Below, one piece after another: positions 18,923 through 27,570 of a stretch of DNA of 39,589 bases; the first letter of the stretch is position 1; every line of letters begins with the position of its first letter. Under the pieces are notes generated by a model. It did not search any database. It was not told where the DNA came from and saw nothing but the letters and a program-made list of their open reading frames with translations. The position numbers and the translations under genes are program-made. Source of the DNA: Hadesarchaea archaeon (GTDB lineage Archaea; Hadarchaeota; Hadarchaeia; Hadarchaeales; WYZ-LMO6); the NCBI GenBank assembly GCA_029259185.1, contig JAPDJF010000054.1, positions 1 through 39,589 of the forward strand, read 5' to 3'.

Positions 18923-19516
18923 ATGAAAATAATCGGAGTTTTTAAAGAATTGGATGAAAATGAAAAATTAATTTTCGAAAGTAAAGTAGTAACTCCAACG
19001 ATCTTCGTCAAGGAAGCCGAAGTTAAAAAATTAATCGGAAGAGAAAGACGGGAAATCCCTATTTCTTTCTCTGCTACCAATCTTTACTTAACAAACAAAC
19101 GGCTTTCTTTTCTTATTTTGTACCAGCTTGAAGCGAGGACAATTTCAGAGAGTGGGGCTCCAAAATTAAGTGGAGTTGCTGGCACATGGTTTGAAATTCC
19201 AGTAAGCGCAATATCTTCAGCTGACATAAGACCCGTATTTCTAAAATCATTTGAAAAAGAAGTTGACATGAAAAGGCTTGTCGAGTGGGGGGTAATAAAA
19301 AAAGAAATGGCGGAGAGAGCATCAGCCGTCGAACTGATTTATAGCGAAGAGGATGCTGTTGGTAGAATTAAAGATTATATGCAATCTTTGTTAAAAATGG
19401 GTTTCTGGGGTAAAATTTTTAAAAAAATTGAAAGAGTATCAGATAAATTAATGATAGTAGGCGAAGAAGCAACAACAATAGTTCCCTCAATAAAAGGCTT
19501 GATAAAGAAACAGTAA
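18923..19516 (+). CDS. Hypothetical protein with possible PH/GRAM-like domain
   Basis: LDENEKLIF...NLYLTNKRLSF...FEIPVSAISS pattern; ATG at 18923 after GGTGA. Confidence 0.6.
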   Translation: MKIIGVFKELDENEKLIFESKVVTPTIFVKEAEVKKLIGRERREIPISFSATNLYLTNKRLSFLILYQLEARTISESGAPKLSGVAGTWFEIPVSAISSADIRPVFLKSFEKEVDMKRLVEWGVIKKEMAERASAVELIYSEEDAVGRIKDYMQSLLKMGFWGKIFKKIERVSDKLMIVGEEATTIVPSIKGLIKKQ

Positions 19517-19656
19517 TCTCTAAAAAATCTTAATGAGCTTTTGTTCCCAAGCACTTAAAAACGGTTCGAAATATGTTGAGGTGGTAGTTTTTCTGGCAAT
19601 TTTAATCTAGAGATTTGCTGGCCTATATCAGTAGGGGGGCGTTGGAGAAGTTAGAT

Positions 19657-20004
19657 TCATAGAACTTCATCTTCAAAAGGAATCCCAAACTCTTGTTTTA
19701 GGAAATTCTTCAGATAATATTTCAGACCTCCATCCTTTTTCAGCAGTTCAATAAGCTTGTCTTCCTCCTCGTGTTTTGAGGTCTCAACCTTCTGCTTCTC
19801 CAACTCCTCTTGTAGGATCTTTCGAATGAGGGGTTCGATGTCTGACCTCGCTTTATCCCTTGGTCGGGCTTTGTATCTCCCTTCGTCATGATCGCTTATC
19901 CGATGCTTTTCGACTTCCCACGCTGCTTGACAACACCTAAAGTAATGTTTTCCCCTCGTTTGGTGCAATTTGCCACATAAGGGACACTTAACTATCTTTT
20001 TCAT
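19657..20004 (-). CDS. Zinc-ribbon protein (casposon)
   Basis: VKCPLCGK...YFRCCQ; ATG at 20004 after GGTGA, with an alternative ATG at 20079. Confidence 0.65.
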   Translation of the reverse strand: MKKIVKCPLCGKLHQTRGKHYFRCCQAAWEVEKHRISDHDEGRYKARPRDKARSDIEPLIRKILQEELEKQKVETSKHEEEDKLIELLKKDGGLKYYLKNFLKQEFGIPFEDEVL

Positions 20005-20100
20005 GTCTTTTTCACCATTTTTGGCACGGATAAACTGGTCTTTTCCATACCCTTTGGGTAAAAAATACCTCTTTTTCATGTCTTTTTGATGGTTTTTGCA

Positions 20101-20190
20101 GCGATATGCCTACATTATCCTCAATATGTCGTGATTTTCTTACATTTGACGCAATTTTCCGAGATTTGACAAGATTTGATGTCATTAGTA
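20101..20190. repeat. Degenerate 10-bp-period array (9 units)
   Basis: gcgATatgcc tacATtatcc tcaATatgtc gtgATtttct tacATttgac gcaATtttcc gagATttgac aagATttgat gtcATtagta. Confidence 0.6.
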
Positions 20191-20195
20191 CACCT

Positions 20196-22157
20196 CTAAA
20201 ATTCTGTGGCATAAGCGCATTCATGGCACTCCGGAGCAACGCAAAGCTCCTTCCGCTTCAAAGCTTCGCTTGCTGTCAAACCGCAAGGCTTGATCTCATT
20301 TTCCCAGTTTATCCAAAGCCTTCTCGGCCTGGTCTCCATAACTCTGGCCCTTTTCTTTTGCCTGATCGCTTCTCTGACTTTGGTCATGTGCTTAGCTATG
20401 TATTCGTTTGACTTGTCCCTGTAAAGCCTGAGCAGTTCTATGACGTTTCCCCAGAAACCGTGCAAGGCGTATTTCGGGAAGAACTTCCACGTGTCTTTGG
20501 GATGAGTCTTCAAATGCTCTTCAATTCGGTCAAGATTTTTTCTTGACCACGCCCTTAGATCCCCTCCAAATTCTCCCATCACTTCCTTTTGAATCTCCTC
20601 CGAAAACATGACGTAGAGCTTGGGTCTAATCAAGAGGAGCAAGCCACGATGCTCGCGCTTCAGTTCGCCAAGACCCGAACCAGTCGGTATGTCGTTTCTC
20701 CTCGTCTTGAACGAATCTGTAGCACAGTCTACCGCTTCGTATCGGTGCAAATCTTCATGAAGCTTGGCCCTGCACATCGAGGTTATCCAAGATCCAACAT
20801 GGGGGAGGTAGATGCCACCGGCGCGGTAAAGGATCCTGTTTCTAACACACCGCTTTAGTCTCTCATCCCAGATAAGCTCAGGCTCCTCTTCGTAATCCGT
20901 TTGCCTGATCGCTTGGTATGTTTTGCCGTAGAGGGAGTTCAACAAGAGTTTATACATTTGATAGCGTGGATCATCTTCAGGTGTTTCTTGCTTTAGACGG
21001 TAAAATTCTTCCACGTAGTCTTTGAACGGATTTTCTGCACGGTTGGAAGGAACCCAGACATACCCTTTGACCTTTGCTAAGTCTATTTCGTCATGCTTCA
21101 GGGCTTCCCTTAGTTCATAAGAGACAACTGGCGCACGCCTTACGTGTTCATCGTTGGCAAACTCGAAGTTATTGGCGTTCTTCAGGATTATCGGATACTT
21201 GCACTTATTCACATAACCATCAACCAAATAGAACCCTTCAAACTCATCAACGAAATCATTAACCTTCAGCCATTTGCCCTCGGTCAAAGGTGGCAAATTC
21301 GCCATTGCCCAAGGGTAAAAGGAGTTATAATCGTAATAGTTCACGTCTGGGATTACCGCTATTCCATCAACAAAGGTGCTCGCCCTCCCGCCATGTATCG
21401 ATTGTTCGGCAAGCCGCCTAACCCAAGAGGGAACTTGCGGGATCTTGGTTTTTAGAAAGTGCTTCTTGAAAACTTTGGAAGCGAACTGAGAAGCCGAGAC
21501 CGATATTGCTGTATCATAACGCTTGTGCATGTCCAAGATGTATTGGGCTAAATCATATGTGGCTAAAATTTCGACTCTGCAATAACGGTAGAGGTCTTGC
21601 CATTCACTTCGTGTTTTAGGTTTCTTACCTTCTCTGACGAATTCGGGCCTTATCCCCTTTTGATGATTCAGGTTTAACTTTCTGGATATTTCGTAAAGTG
21701 AACCTCGAACAAAAGAGCCCGTATCGATAACTTTGATGTAAGCTCCATTTCTCAATCCTATTCTAGCGAACCAGACCTTTTGAGAATAGATTTTTTCAAA
21801 CGTGCCAAGTGGGTGTTCAAGTTTTGGTGGGTTCAAATATCGAAATAATTCATCTTCCTTTTCGCACAGAACAGCCGTTAGGTCAAACTGCAGGTTGTGG
21901 GCAAATAATAAATTTGTTCGGTGGTTGGCGCATCTCTGGCTCAGATATCTCATGAATTCGTCTAAAACAGTTCTTTGAGTTACCCTGATGTAAGCCGGTC
22001 TGATCCCATCGTGAAACGTTAAGAGATAAGGAATGCCGTCCTCAGTTTCCGTGTCAAATACCATGAGGTTGACGTTTCTCGGAAAAGAATTTCTTAGCGG
22101 TTTTACTCCACCAGCAAGATACCTGGGCAATTCAACCGATTTATCCATGTCTACCAC
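20196..22157 (-). CDS. polB: Family B DNA polymerase, protein-primed type (casposon)
   Basis: Exo I FDTET, Exo II AHNLQFDL, SIHGGR, motif A YDYNSFYP, motif B KLLLNSLYGK, motif C variant CATDS, RPKLY. Size and motif layout resemble phi29/linear-plasmid polymerases. Confidence 0.9.
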   Translation of the reverse strand: MVDMDKSVELPRYLAGGVKPLRNSFPRNVNLMVFDTETEDGIPYLLTFHDGIRPAYIRVTQRTVLDEFMRYLSQRCANHRTNLLFAHNLQFDLTAVLCEKEDELFRYLNPPKLEHPLGTFEKIYSQKVWFARIGLRNGAYIKVIDTGSFVRGSLYEISRKLNLNHQKGIRPEFVREGKKPKTRSEWQDLYRYCRVEILATYDLAQYILDMHKRYDTAISVSASQFASKVFKKHFLKTKIPQVPSWVRRLAEQSIHGGRASTFVDGIAVIPDVNYYDYNSFYPWAMANLPPLTEGKWLKVNDFVDEFEGFYLVDGYVNKCKYPIILKNANNFEFANDEHVRRAPVVSYELREALKHDEIDLAKVKGYVWVPSNRAENPFKDYVEEFYRLKQETPEDDPRYQMYKLLLNSLYGKTYQAIRQTDYEEEPELIWDERLKRCVRNRILYRAGGIYLPHVGSWITSMCRAKLHEDLHRYEAVDCATDSFKTRRNDIPTGSGLGELKREHRGLLLLIRPKLYVMFSEEIQKEVMGEFGGDLRAWSRKNLDRIEEHLKTHPKDTWKFFPKYALHGFWGNVIELLRLYRDKSNEYIAKHMTKVREAIRQKKRARVMETRPRRLWINWENEIKPCGLTASEALKRKELCVAPECHECAYATEF

Positions 22158-22929
22158 CTTTCGCCTTGATGACCTTTGGCTTGCGTTCAGGCGAGAGGAA
22201 AGTCAGGGCGATTATCCGCTCGATTACGAAAGGTGCTCTCCGGTATTGCTCAGCCAAAATATCGGGCATGTTCTCCTTCGCCCAAGCGTAGATCTCATCG
22301 AAGTCAACGGGCTTGTCTGAATACCTGATTTGAGTTGTGTTGATGAAATAGACATCCGATTGTTCAACGATGAAGTAAGCTCCAACGGTTGTGAACTTTC
22401 CTCTCGGGTTTCTCTTTCTATCGGAACAAACAAGTGTTCTGGGATTGATGAACTTAAAACGTGGATATGCGATGTTTCCGAAGCGATAGATTCTGTTAAG
22501 CTTATCGATGTATTTTTGTGTTGGAATCCATTCTCTTTCCGGCTTTGGGAATCTCGGCCTCTCAACAGACGGCTTCCTCCCTCTCTTCCTCAGCCCCTTC
22601 AAGCCGTACTCCCTGATTTTCCGCTTGATGGTGGACTCAGAAACTCGGTAATAGCGGGCTATGGCTTCGGTCTTTTTGTCCTGCTTAAGAAATCGCTTAA
22701 GTTCCTGTTTCGTGATCCGCTTCGGCTTTCTGACCCTGATTTTCGGCTTGGGTTTCCCCCTGAGTTTAGCTTTGAGCCTCCGAACCTCTGATTTAAGTGT
22801 CCGAATCTCGGCCTCAAGCTCGGCAACGCTTTTATGCTTTACTCGCAATTTTTTCTTATGGGGATTGCCGACTAGGGAAGGTTGTCTTCGCTTCCTAGCC
22901 ATTGGGGGAGATGGGATGGCTTTCTTCAT
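22141..22929 (-). CDS. Highly basic coiled-coil plus HTH protein, coupled to polB
   Basis: K/R-rich N-terminus; TEAIARYYRVSESTIKRKIREYGL HTH; overlaps the polB start. Confidence 0.8.
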   Translation of the reverse strand: MKKAIPSPPMARKRRQPSLVGNPHKKKLRVKHKSVAELEAEIRTLKSEVRRLKAKLRGKPKPKIRVRKPKRITKQELKRFLKQDKKTEAIARYYRVSESTIKRKIREYGLKGLRKRGRKPSVERPRFPKPEREWIPTQKYIDKLNRIYRFGNIAYPRFKFINPRTLVCSDRKRNPRGKFTTVGAYFIVEQSDVYFINTTQIRYSDKPVDFDEIYAWAKENMPDILAEQYRRAPFVIERIIALTFLSPERKPKVIKAKGGRHG

Positions 22930-23129
22930 CGGATATCCCCTTTTTTGACTTGTTCTCTGATCAAGGAGAGATCCGAGAGAAATGCATACAGCGCAGTTCT
23001 GACTACTTCAGCCTGAGAACATTGCAATCTTTGAGACGCTTCTTCTACTGCACGTTTTAATCCACTTGGAACTACTAGGTCAAGCACAGGTTTTGGAGAC
23101 TTCCACGATTTTTTTGTATTCATGATCAT
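22926..23129 (-). CDS. Ribbon-helix-helix (CopG-like) protein
   Basis: VLDLVVPSGLKRAVEEASQRLQCSQAEVVRTAL. Probable ATG at 23129 or 23123 downstream of a TATA at about 23151-23160; ATGA overlap with the next gene. Confidence 0.75.
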   Translation of the reverse strand: MIMNTKKSWKSPKPVLDLVVPSGLKRAVEEASQRLQCSQAEVVRTALYAFLSDLSLIREQVKKGDIR

Positions 23130-23220
23130 CAAAAACAAGTTCACGTAAGTCTTATATAGACCTTTAAGGTAATTACTCGATGGGTATGATATATACCCGA
23201 CGCAAAACATTGGTGATATA

Positions 23221-24138
23221 GTGCCTAAGAAAATCGAGAACCCACTGCGGGAAGGCCTGCCCTCTAAGATTTATTTGTTATCCTACTGTGAACCTCTTAC
23301 CGCCTATGAGATAGCTAAAAGAATTTATGGAGTAAAGCCCCCCCATATTCCGCCTACTTCTAAAGTTTCGACTTGGGTAAAGAAAATGAAGGAAAATGGG
23401 ACCCTTTCCGAGAATGAGGAAAAGAAAACTTATGCCCGAGTTGACCCTCTAATAGTTGAAATTGAAAGCACCCTGAAAGAACACGATGTTGAGCTATCCG
23501 ATTTTGAAAAACATATGATCTCTCGTCTCTTGGATTCCCAAGAATTCAGATGGCTTGTTAAGAAATTGATGCCCCCAATGAGTTATGATATCGACTCGGC
23601 TTGGATTATCATGAACCATCTTGCACTTGTGGCTTCTGTGCGGGTTCTTAGAGAAAAGATGCCAGAAGTTCCACAGCTGGAAACACCAAGGGGCTTTATC
23701 CAAAAACATGCAGGAAAATTAGAGGAAACCAGAGAATTTAGGAGTCTGGAAAAGATTGGGCGCTTTCCATCAAAAGAGTCAGAGTTTGATGAAAGACTGA
23801 AAATTCTCAGAAGGTTTTGGGAAACGAAGGAATTCAGGGAACTTACATCTGAAATAACCGAATTGCTTAAAGAAGCGGAAGTTTTTGGGGATCTCTCGGA
23901 CGAAGAAGTTTTAGAATTTTTCAAACTTGACCTGTTGCTAAGATCGATTCCAATTTCAACTTTGGAGAAACTCACCAATTTGGGTTTTTTAAACAGATTG
24001 ATATCAATACCCGCGCTAGCAGGGTTTGACTTCTTCCCCTTTCATCGGTTGGAGAGAGTATTAGAAAGAGAAGTAAATCGAATGAAGACACGTGAAAGGA
24101 AGAAGCTTTTGAAAAATTCCGGAGTGGAAAAAATCTAG
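23221..24138 (+). CDS. Winged-HTH protein upstream of cas1
   Basis: EPLTAYEIAKRIYG...SKVSTWVKKMKENGTL; helical C-terminal region of unknown function. Confidence 0.75.
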   Translation: MPKKIENPLREGLPSKIYLLSYCEPLTAYEIAKRIYGVKPPHIPPTSKVSTWVKKMKENGTLSENEEKKTYARVDPLIVEIESTLKEHDVELSDFEKHMISRLLDSQEFRWLVKKLMPPMSYDIDSAWIIMNHLALVASVRVLREKMPEVPQLETPRGFIQKHAGKLEETREFRSLEKIGRFPSKESEFDERLKILRRFWETKEFRELTSEITELLKEAEVFGDLSDEEVLEFFKLDLLLRSIPISTLEKLTNLGFLNRLISIPALAGFDFFPFHRLERVLEREVNRMKTRERKKLLKNSGVEKI

Positions 24139-24152
24139 AACGAGGTGAGAAC

Positions 24153-25139
24153 ACGCAGATAATCCTTAACGAGTTCGGCCAGTATCTCGGAAGCGACAAG
24201 GAGAACTTCATCGTTTACAAAGACAACAATCCGATAAAACGCATCCCATTTTACAAGGTGAAACAAATCATCTTGACACCGGGCAACACGGTTTCGACTT
24301 CGGCTTTGTTCTGGTGCTCGATTTACGGGATCAACCTAATGATGACCTCAAATACAGGAAGACCTCTAAGCATGATGTTGCCTTTAACTTCGAGCGCGCA
24401 TGTCAAGACAAGGATAAAGCAGTATGAAGCCTATTACAACTCAAAAGGTGTTGAAATTGCGAAGGCGCTTCTGACCACCAAAGTCAACAACCAAATCGCA
24501 CTGCTTGAAAAATACGGGTTTGATGGCCACAAGCTTGATTATCTCGTGGAAAAGCTTCAAAGAATCGATGGAGAAAAGGTCGATGACGTAAGGCCAAGAC
24601 TGATGGGGATAGAATCGAGGTGTTCAAAAGTCTATTTCAGAAATCTCAAGACCCTGTTTCCAGATTTCTTGCAAACATCAAAGCGAATGAAATACAAAGC
24701 CGAAGACCCCCTGAACAATTTGCTAAATCTTGGCTATGAAGTCCTGAAGGGAGAAGTTTACAGGGGCGTGATGTATGCCCACCTAGATCCATACTTAGGT
24801 TATCTGCATTCAATCCAGTTTGCTAAGCCATCTCTGGTTTGCGATATTCAAGAGGTCTTCAGAGGTCTGATTGACGAGTTTCTAATCAGATACGCTCAGA
24901 AGTTAAGTGAGAACGATTTCGAAAACAAAAACGGAAGGATGTTCTTGAAGCAGAAGGAGAGCTATAAGCTGATAGAAGCTGTCAACAGGCTTTTCGACAA
25001 GCGGATCAAGCACCAGAGGATAAAGAAATACGGAGAGCACTCGAAGATAAGAACGGCAATAAGGGAGGAGCCGATAAAACTAGGTCAGTACTTGAGGGAC
25101 GAAAAGAAAAAGTATGAACCAGTTGTGATGCCAAGATAA
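24153..25139 (+). CDS. cas1: Casposase (stand-alone Cas1 integrase)
   Basis: LMGIESRCSKVYF, DPLNNLLNLGY, LDPYLGYLH, SLVCDIQEVFR (catalytic E/H/D-E). The frame extends 35 codons upstream of the track start to ACG-QIILNEFGQYLG behind SD GAGGTGA. Confidence 0.95.
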   Translation, partial: TQIILNEFGQYLGSDKENFIVYKDNNPIKRIPFYKVKQIILTPGNTVSTSALFWCSIYGINLMMTSNTGRPLSMMLPLTSSAHVKTRIKQYEAYYNSKGVEIAKALLTTKVNNQIALLEKYGFDGHKLDYLVEKLQRIDGEKVDDVRPRLMGIESRCSKVYFRNLKTLFPDFLQTSKRMKYKAEDPLNNLLNLGYEVLKGEVYRGVMYAHLDPYLGYLHSIQFAKPSLVCDIQEVFRGLIDEFLIRYAQKLSENDFENKNGRMFLKQKESYKLIEAVNRLFDKRIKHQRIKKYGEHSKIRTAIREEPIKLGQYLRDEKKKYEPVVMPR

Positions 25140-25149
25140 TGGTGAAGCC

Positions 25150-25978
25150 ATGAAAAAGCCAACGGTCATCTCCACGTTTACTAAAAAAGGACAAACAGAT
25201 ATAGTAGAAATCATTAGAGGGATATTCGTTATTATTGTTCTTGCTTGGGCTGGGTGGATAATAGCTGGAGTATTTGAATTACAAGAAATCGTTGGGGCGA
25301 TCCTCGTTAGTGCTGGCATTTTAGCCGTTGCGAGCATTGTTGCATATTTAGTTTACATTGTTTTGGGATCTTTAGGCATTGCAGCTGTTGTTTTTCTTTC
25401 CCTAGCTGGGTTGCTCGCAGCAATAGTCTTTGGGGTACCAGCTCTTGTTAATATTGGTATTGGTGTTGGCATCACAGTTATCATAATTCTTTGTGTTTAC
25501 TTCACTTATTAACTGCGGAAATGGATGTTTGAAGCAAGACAACACAAGAAAGGTCTAGTGAAATTTGTTGATAGAAAGGGAAACGAAAGATGGGGGAAGC
25601 CAGAAGAAATAAAAAATGGAAGCAGGAAGATTTTGAACAAGCACAACTCGAAAAGGGATTAGTGAAATATAAAGGGAATTGGGTAACTCTTAAGAAAAGG
25701 AAAATCTGAAGAAAGGTTATGTTAAATATGTAGAAAAACAAAAAGGCGCCTCCAGACCCGATATTGTAATTGACAATATAGGAATAGAAATCAAGGGCCC
25801 CACACGCAGAACAGATCAACTGGACTCGATAGTTAGTAAGTGTATGAGGTACTCCCAACACTTTGAAAAAATAATTTTGGTTTTATTTGATGTAGCCGTT
25901 AGCGAACACTACTACGAGGAGTGGTTAGAAGGATTAAGAAGAAAATATCCCGAAGTAAAAGTGATACGAAAGGATTAA
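25150..25978 (+). pseudogene. Disrupted membrane-anchored PD-(D/E)XK nuclease
   Basis: The multi-TM ORF 25150-25512 continues in frame past TAA (LRKWMFEARQHKKGLVKF). Two frameshifts (about 25615 and 25690) then give EKGLVKYKGNWVT and SRPDIVIDNIGIEIK...MRYSQHFEKIILVLF, with stop at 25978. Confidence 0.7.
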
Positions 25979-25995
25979 AATAACGAAACAGAAAC

Positions 25996-26154
25996 TTGGG
26001 TGATGATGATAAAAATGGTAAAAAAGAAGAGGATATATGTGGACCCCTCACAGGAGAGGTTATTACAGAGTCAAGACGGAAGGTGAGGAAAGATGAATAT
26101 GTTGATATCTGGTCAGGCAGGGTCAAGAGGAGAAAGAAATACTCTCTGTTTTGA
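25996..26154 (+). CDS. Possible 52-aa protein
   Basis: TTG-started frame MGDDDKNGKKEEDICGPLTGEV...YVDIWSGRVKRRKKYSLF fills the intergenic gap; below the track length cutoff. Confidence 0.4.
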   Translation: MGDDDKNGKKEEDICGPLTGEVITESRRKVRKDEYVDIWSGRVKRRKKYSLF

Positions 26155-26180
26155 CTCTTATGACCTGATTAAACAGTTTT

Positions 26181-26744
26181 GTGATCAAAATGTTCGGACT
26201 CACAAGTTTATTCGATGAAGTTCTTCGACTTGTAAACGCATGGAAACCGCAAAAAAGATACAGATCTGAAGATGGTTATAGAGACGAACTAAAAGAATTC
26301 CTTAGGACAAACTTGAATAGATCCAACGCACTCAGCATTGGACCACAAAAGCCGATTAAAGTTGCTTCAGAGTCGGGTAGGCATCTTTGTGATATAGCCG
26401 TTGACGAATCAGTTGGTGTTGAGCTGAAGAAAGATCTCAATAAATTGGCAGAAGTTGATAGGTTGTCTGGACAGTTAAGCAGGTATAAGAAACAATATTC
26501 TGGGATAATTGTTGTATTGGTGGGCAGCACAAATAAAGACGCTTACGCTGAATTGGTGAACCGAGTTTATGAAATGCAGCAAAGCACAGGTATTTCTCTT
26601 GGGTTTACTGCGGGAACAAAAATCAGGGTTGTGGATAAGGGATTTACAGGGGCTGGAGCAGAGAAAACTAGAGTAAAAAACGCACAACCCAAAAGACCGT
26701 ATTGGGTGAACCCTCTTACAGGTAAAAAAGAGCCTTTATTCTAA
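26181..26744 (+). CDS. PD-(D/E)XK restriction-endonuclease-like protein
   Basis: SEDGYRDEL...CDIAVDESVGVELKK...GQLSRY...IIVVLVG. Confidence 0.75.
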   Translation: MIKMFGLTSLFDEVLRLVNAWKPQKRYRSEDGYRDELKEFLRTNLNRSNALSIGPQKPIKVASESGRHLCDIAVDESVGVELKKDLNKLAEVDRLSGQLSRYKKQYSGIIVVLVGSTNKDAYAELVNRVYEMQQSTGISLGFTAGTKIRVVDKGFTGAGAEKTRVKNAQPKRPYWVNPLTGKKEPLF

Positions 26745-26942
26745 AATTGAATTCAACACCTATGCTGAGCCGCCCGCTTTCGCCGACCTCCATCTTTTTA
26801 CGGGGTTTAACGAAGGCTACGAAAACGGGTACACGGATGGCCACAGGCTGGGCTGACACAGAGAGCTAGACATGTTGAACACTGTTTTTTACTTATTTAT
26901 TAGTAAATGAGTAAATGATTTGGATAATTAAGAGGTTCGAAG

Positions 26943-27257
26943 ATGGAACTACATGCACATGGGATAGTGGTATTGACAGCTTTGTGTGTAGCTTTTTTGG
27001 CTTGGTTTGGAGGCGAATTTTTTGCGGGATCCATGATACTCGATGAGGTCGCTGATGAATACTATGAGCGGGGGTATTATGAAGATGCAATAGAGGCGAG
27101 AGATCAGGCAAGGGAAGCCCATGACTATTTCGTCTATTGCATGGCAGGGGTCGTGTTGGTTATCATCGGTGGTGCCGTCTGGGCGTGGAAGTGGGAACAC
27201 GGGCAAATAACCCAGCCCGGGGCGTTCTGGAAGACCGTCGGTGATTTGCGAAAGTGA
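26943..27257 (+). CDS. Two-TM membrane protein (casposon cargo)
   Basis: Two hydrophobic helices flanking an acidic loop; SD GAGGT. Confidence 0.65.
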   Translation: MELHAHGIVVLTALCVAFLAWFGGEFFAGSMILDEVADEYYERGYYEDAIEARDQAREAHDYFVYCMAGVVLVIIGGAVWAWKWEHGQITQPGAFWKTVGDLRK

Positions 27258-27321
27258 GATGGCCACAAAATGACCAAGCCCGTTCTCCAAACCCTAAAAG
27301 CGTTGGCGGAAAATCTGCATG

Positions 27322-27525
27322 ACCCAAATCCTGACCCTAATTCGATTTTCGGGGTTTTGGTCGAAGCCGAAAGGAGGAAGAATAGGTAACGTAAAAATTG
27401 AAAAAGGACTGTTTAATCCGTATTTCGTTGTTCGCCGCTCAATAAGTGCTCTGATTGGCTAAAACGTATGTTATCTACCTTCAGATGGCATAAAGTTGGG
27501 GTCGAAAATGCAAATAATGTAAAAA
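27322..27525 (-). repeat. Right terminal inverted repeat (204 bp)
   Basis: Reverse complement of 17970-18173. Confidence 0.95.
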
Positions 27526-27540
27526 AGTTAAGGTTTATAT
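27526..27540 (+). repeat. Right target-site duplication (15 bp), includes putative BRE/TATA of the next gene
   Basis: AGTTAAGGTTTATAT, ending 30 nt before ATG 27571. Confidence 0.92.
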
Positions 27541-27570
27541 CGTACGTAGCATGCAGAAGCATGGTGGAAG

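Larger units (their letters stand above)
17970..27525. mobile_element. Casposon-like self-synthesizing transposon (9,556 bp)
   Basis: Perfect 204-bp TIRs, 15-bp TSD, solo Cas1 and family B DNA polymerase inside; no cas2 or CRISPR array; AT-rich cargo arms. Confidence 0.95.

Noticed and set aside
24153-25139. cas1 as part of a CRISPR-Cas locus
   Set aside because: No cas2, effector genes or repeat-spacer array in the window; the gene lies between TIRs together with PolB.
17970-27525. Provirus or pipolin interpretation
   Set aside because: No capsid, packaging ATPase or tyrosine recombinase recognised; the ends are inverted repeats with a TSD rather than direct att sites.
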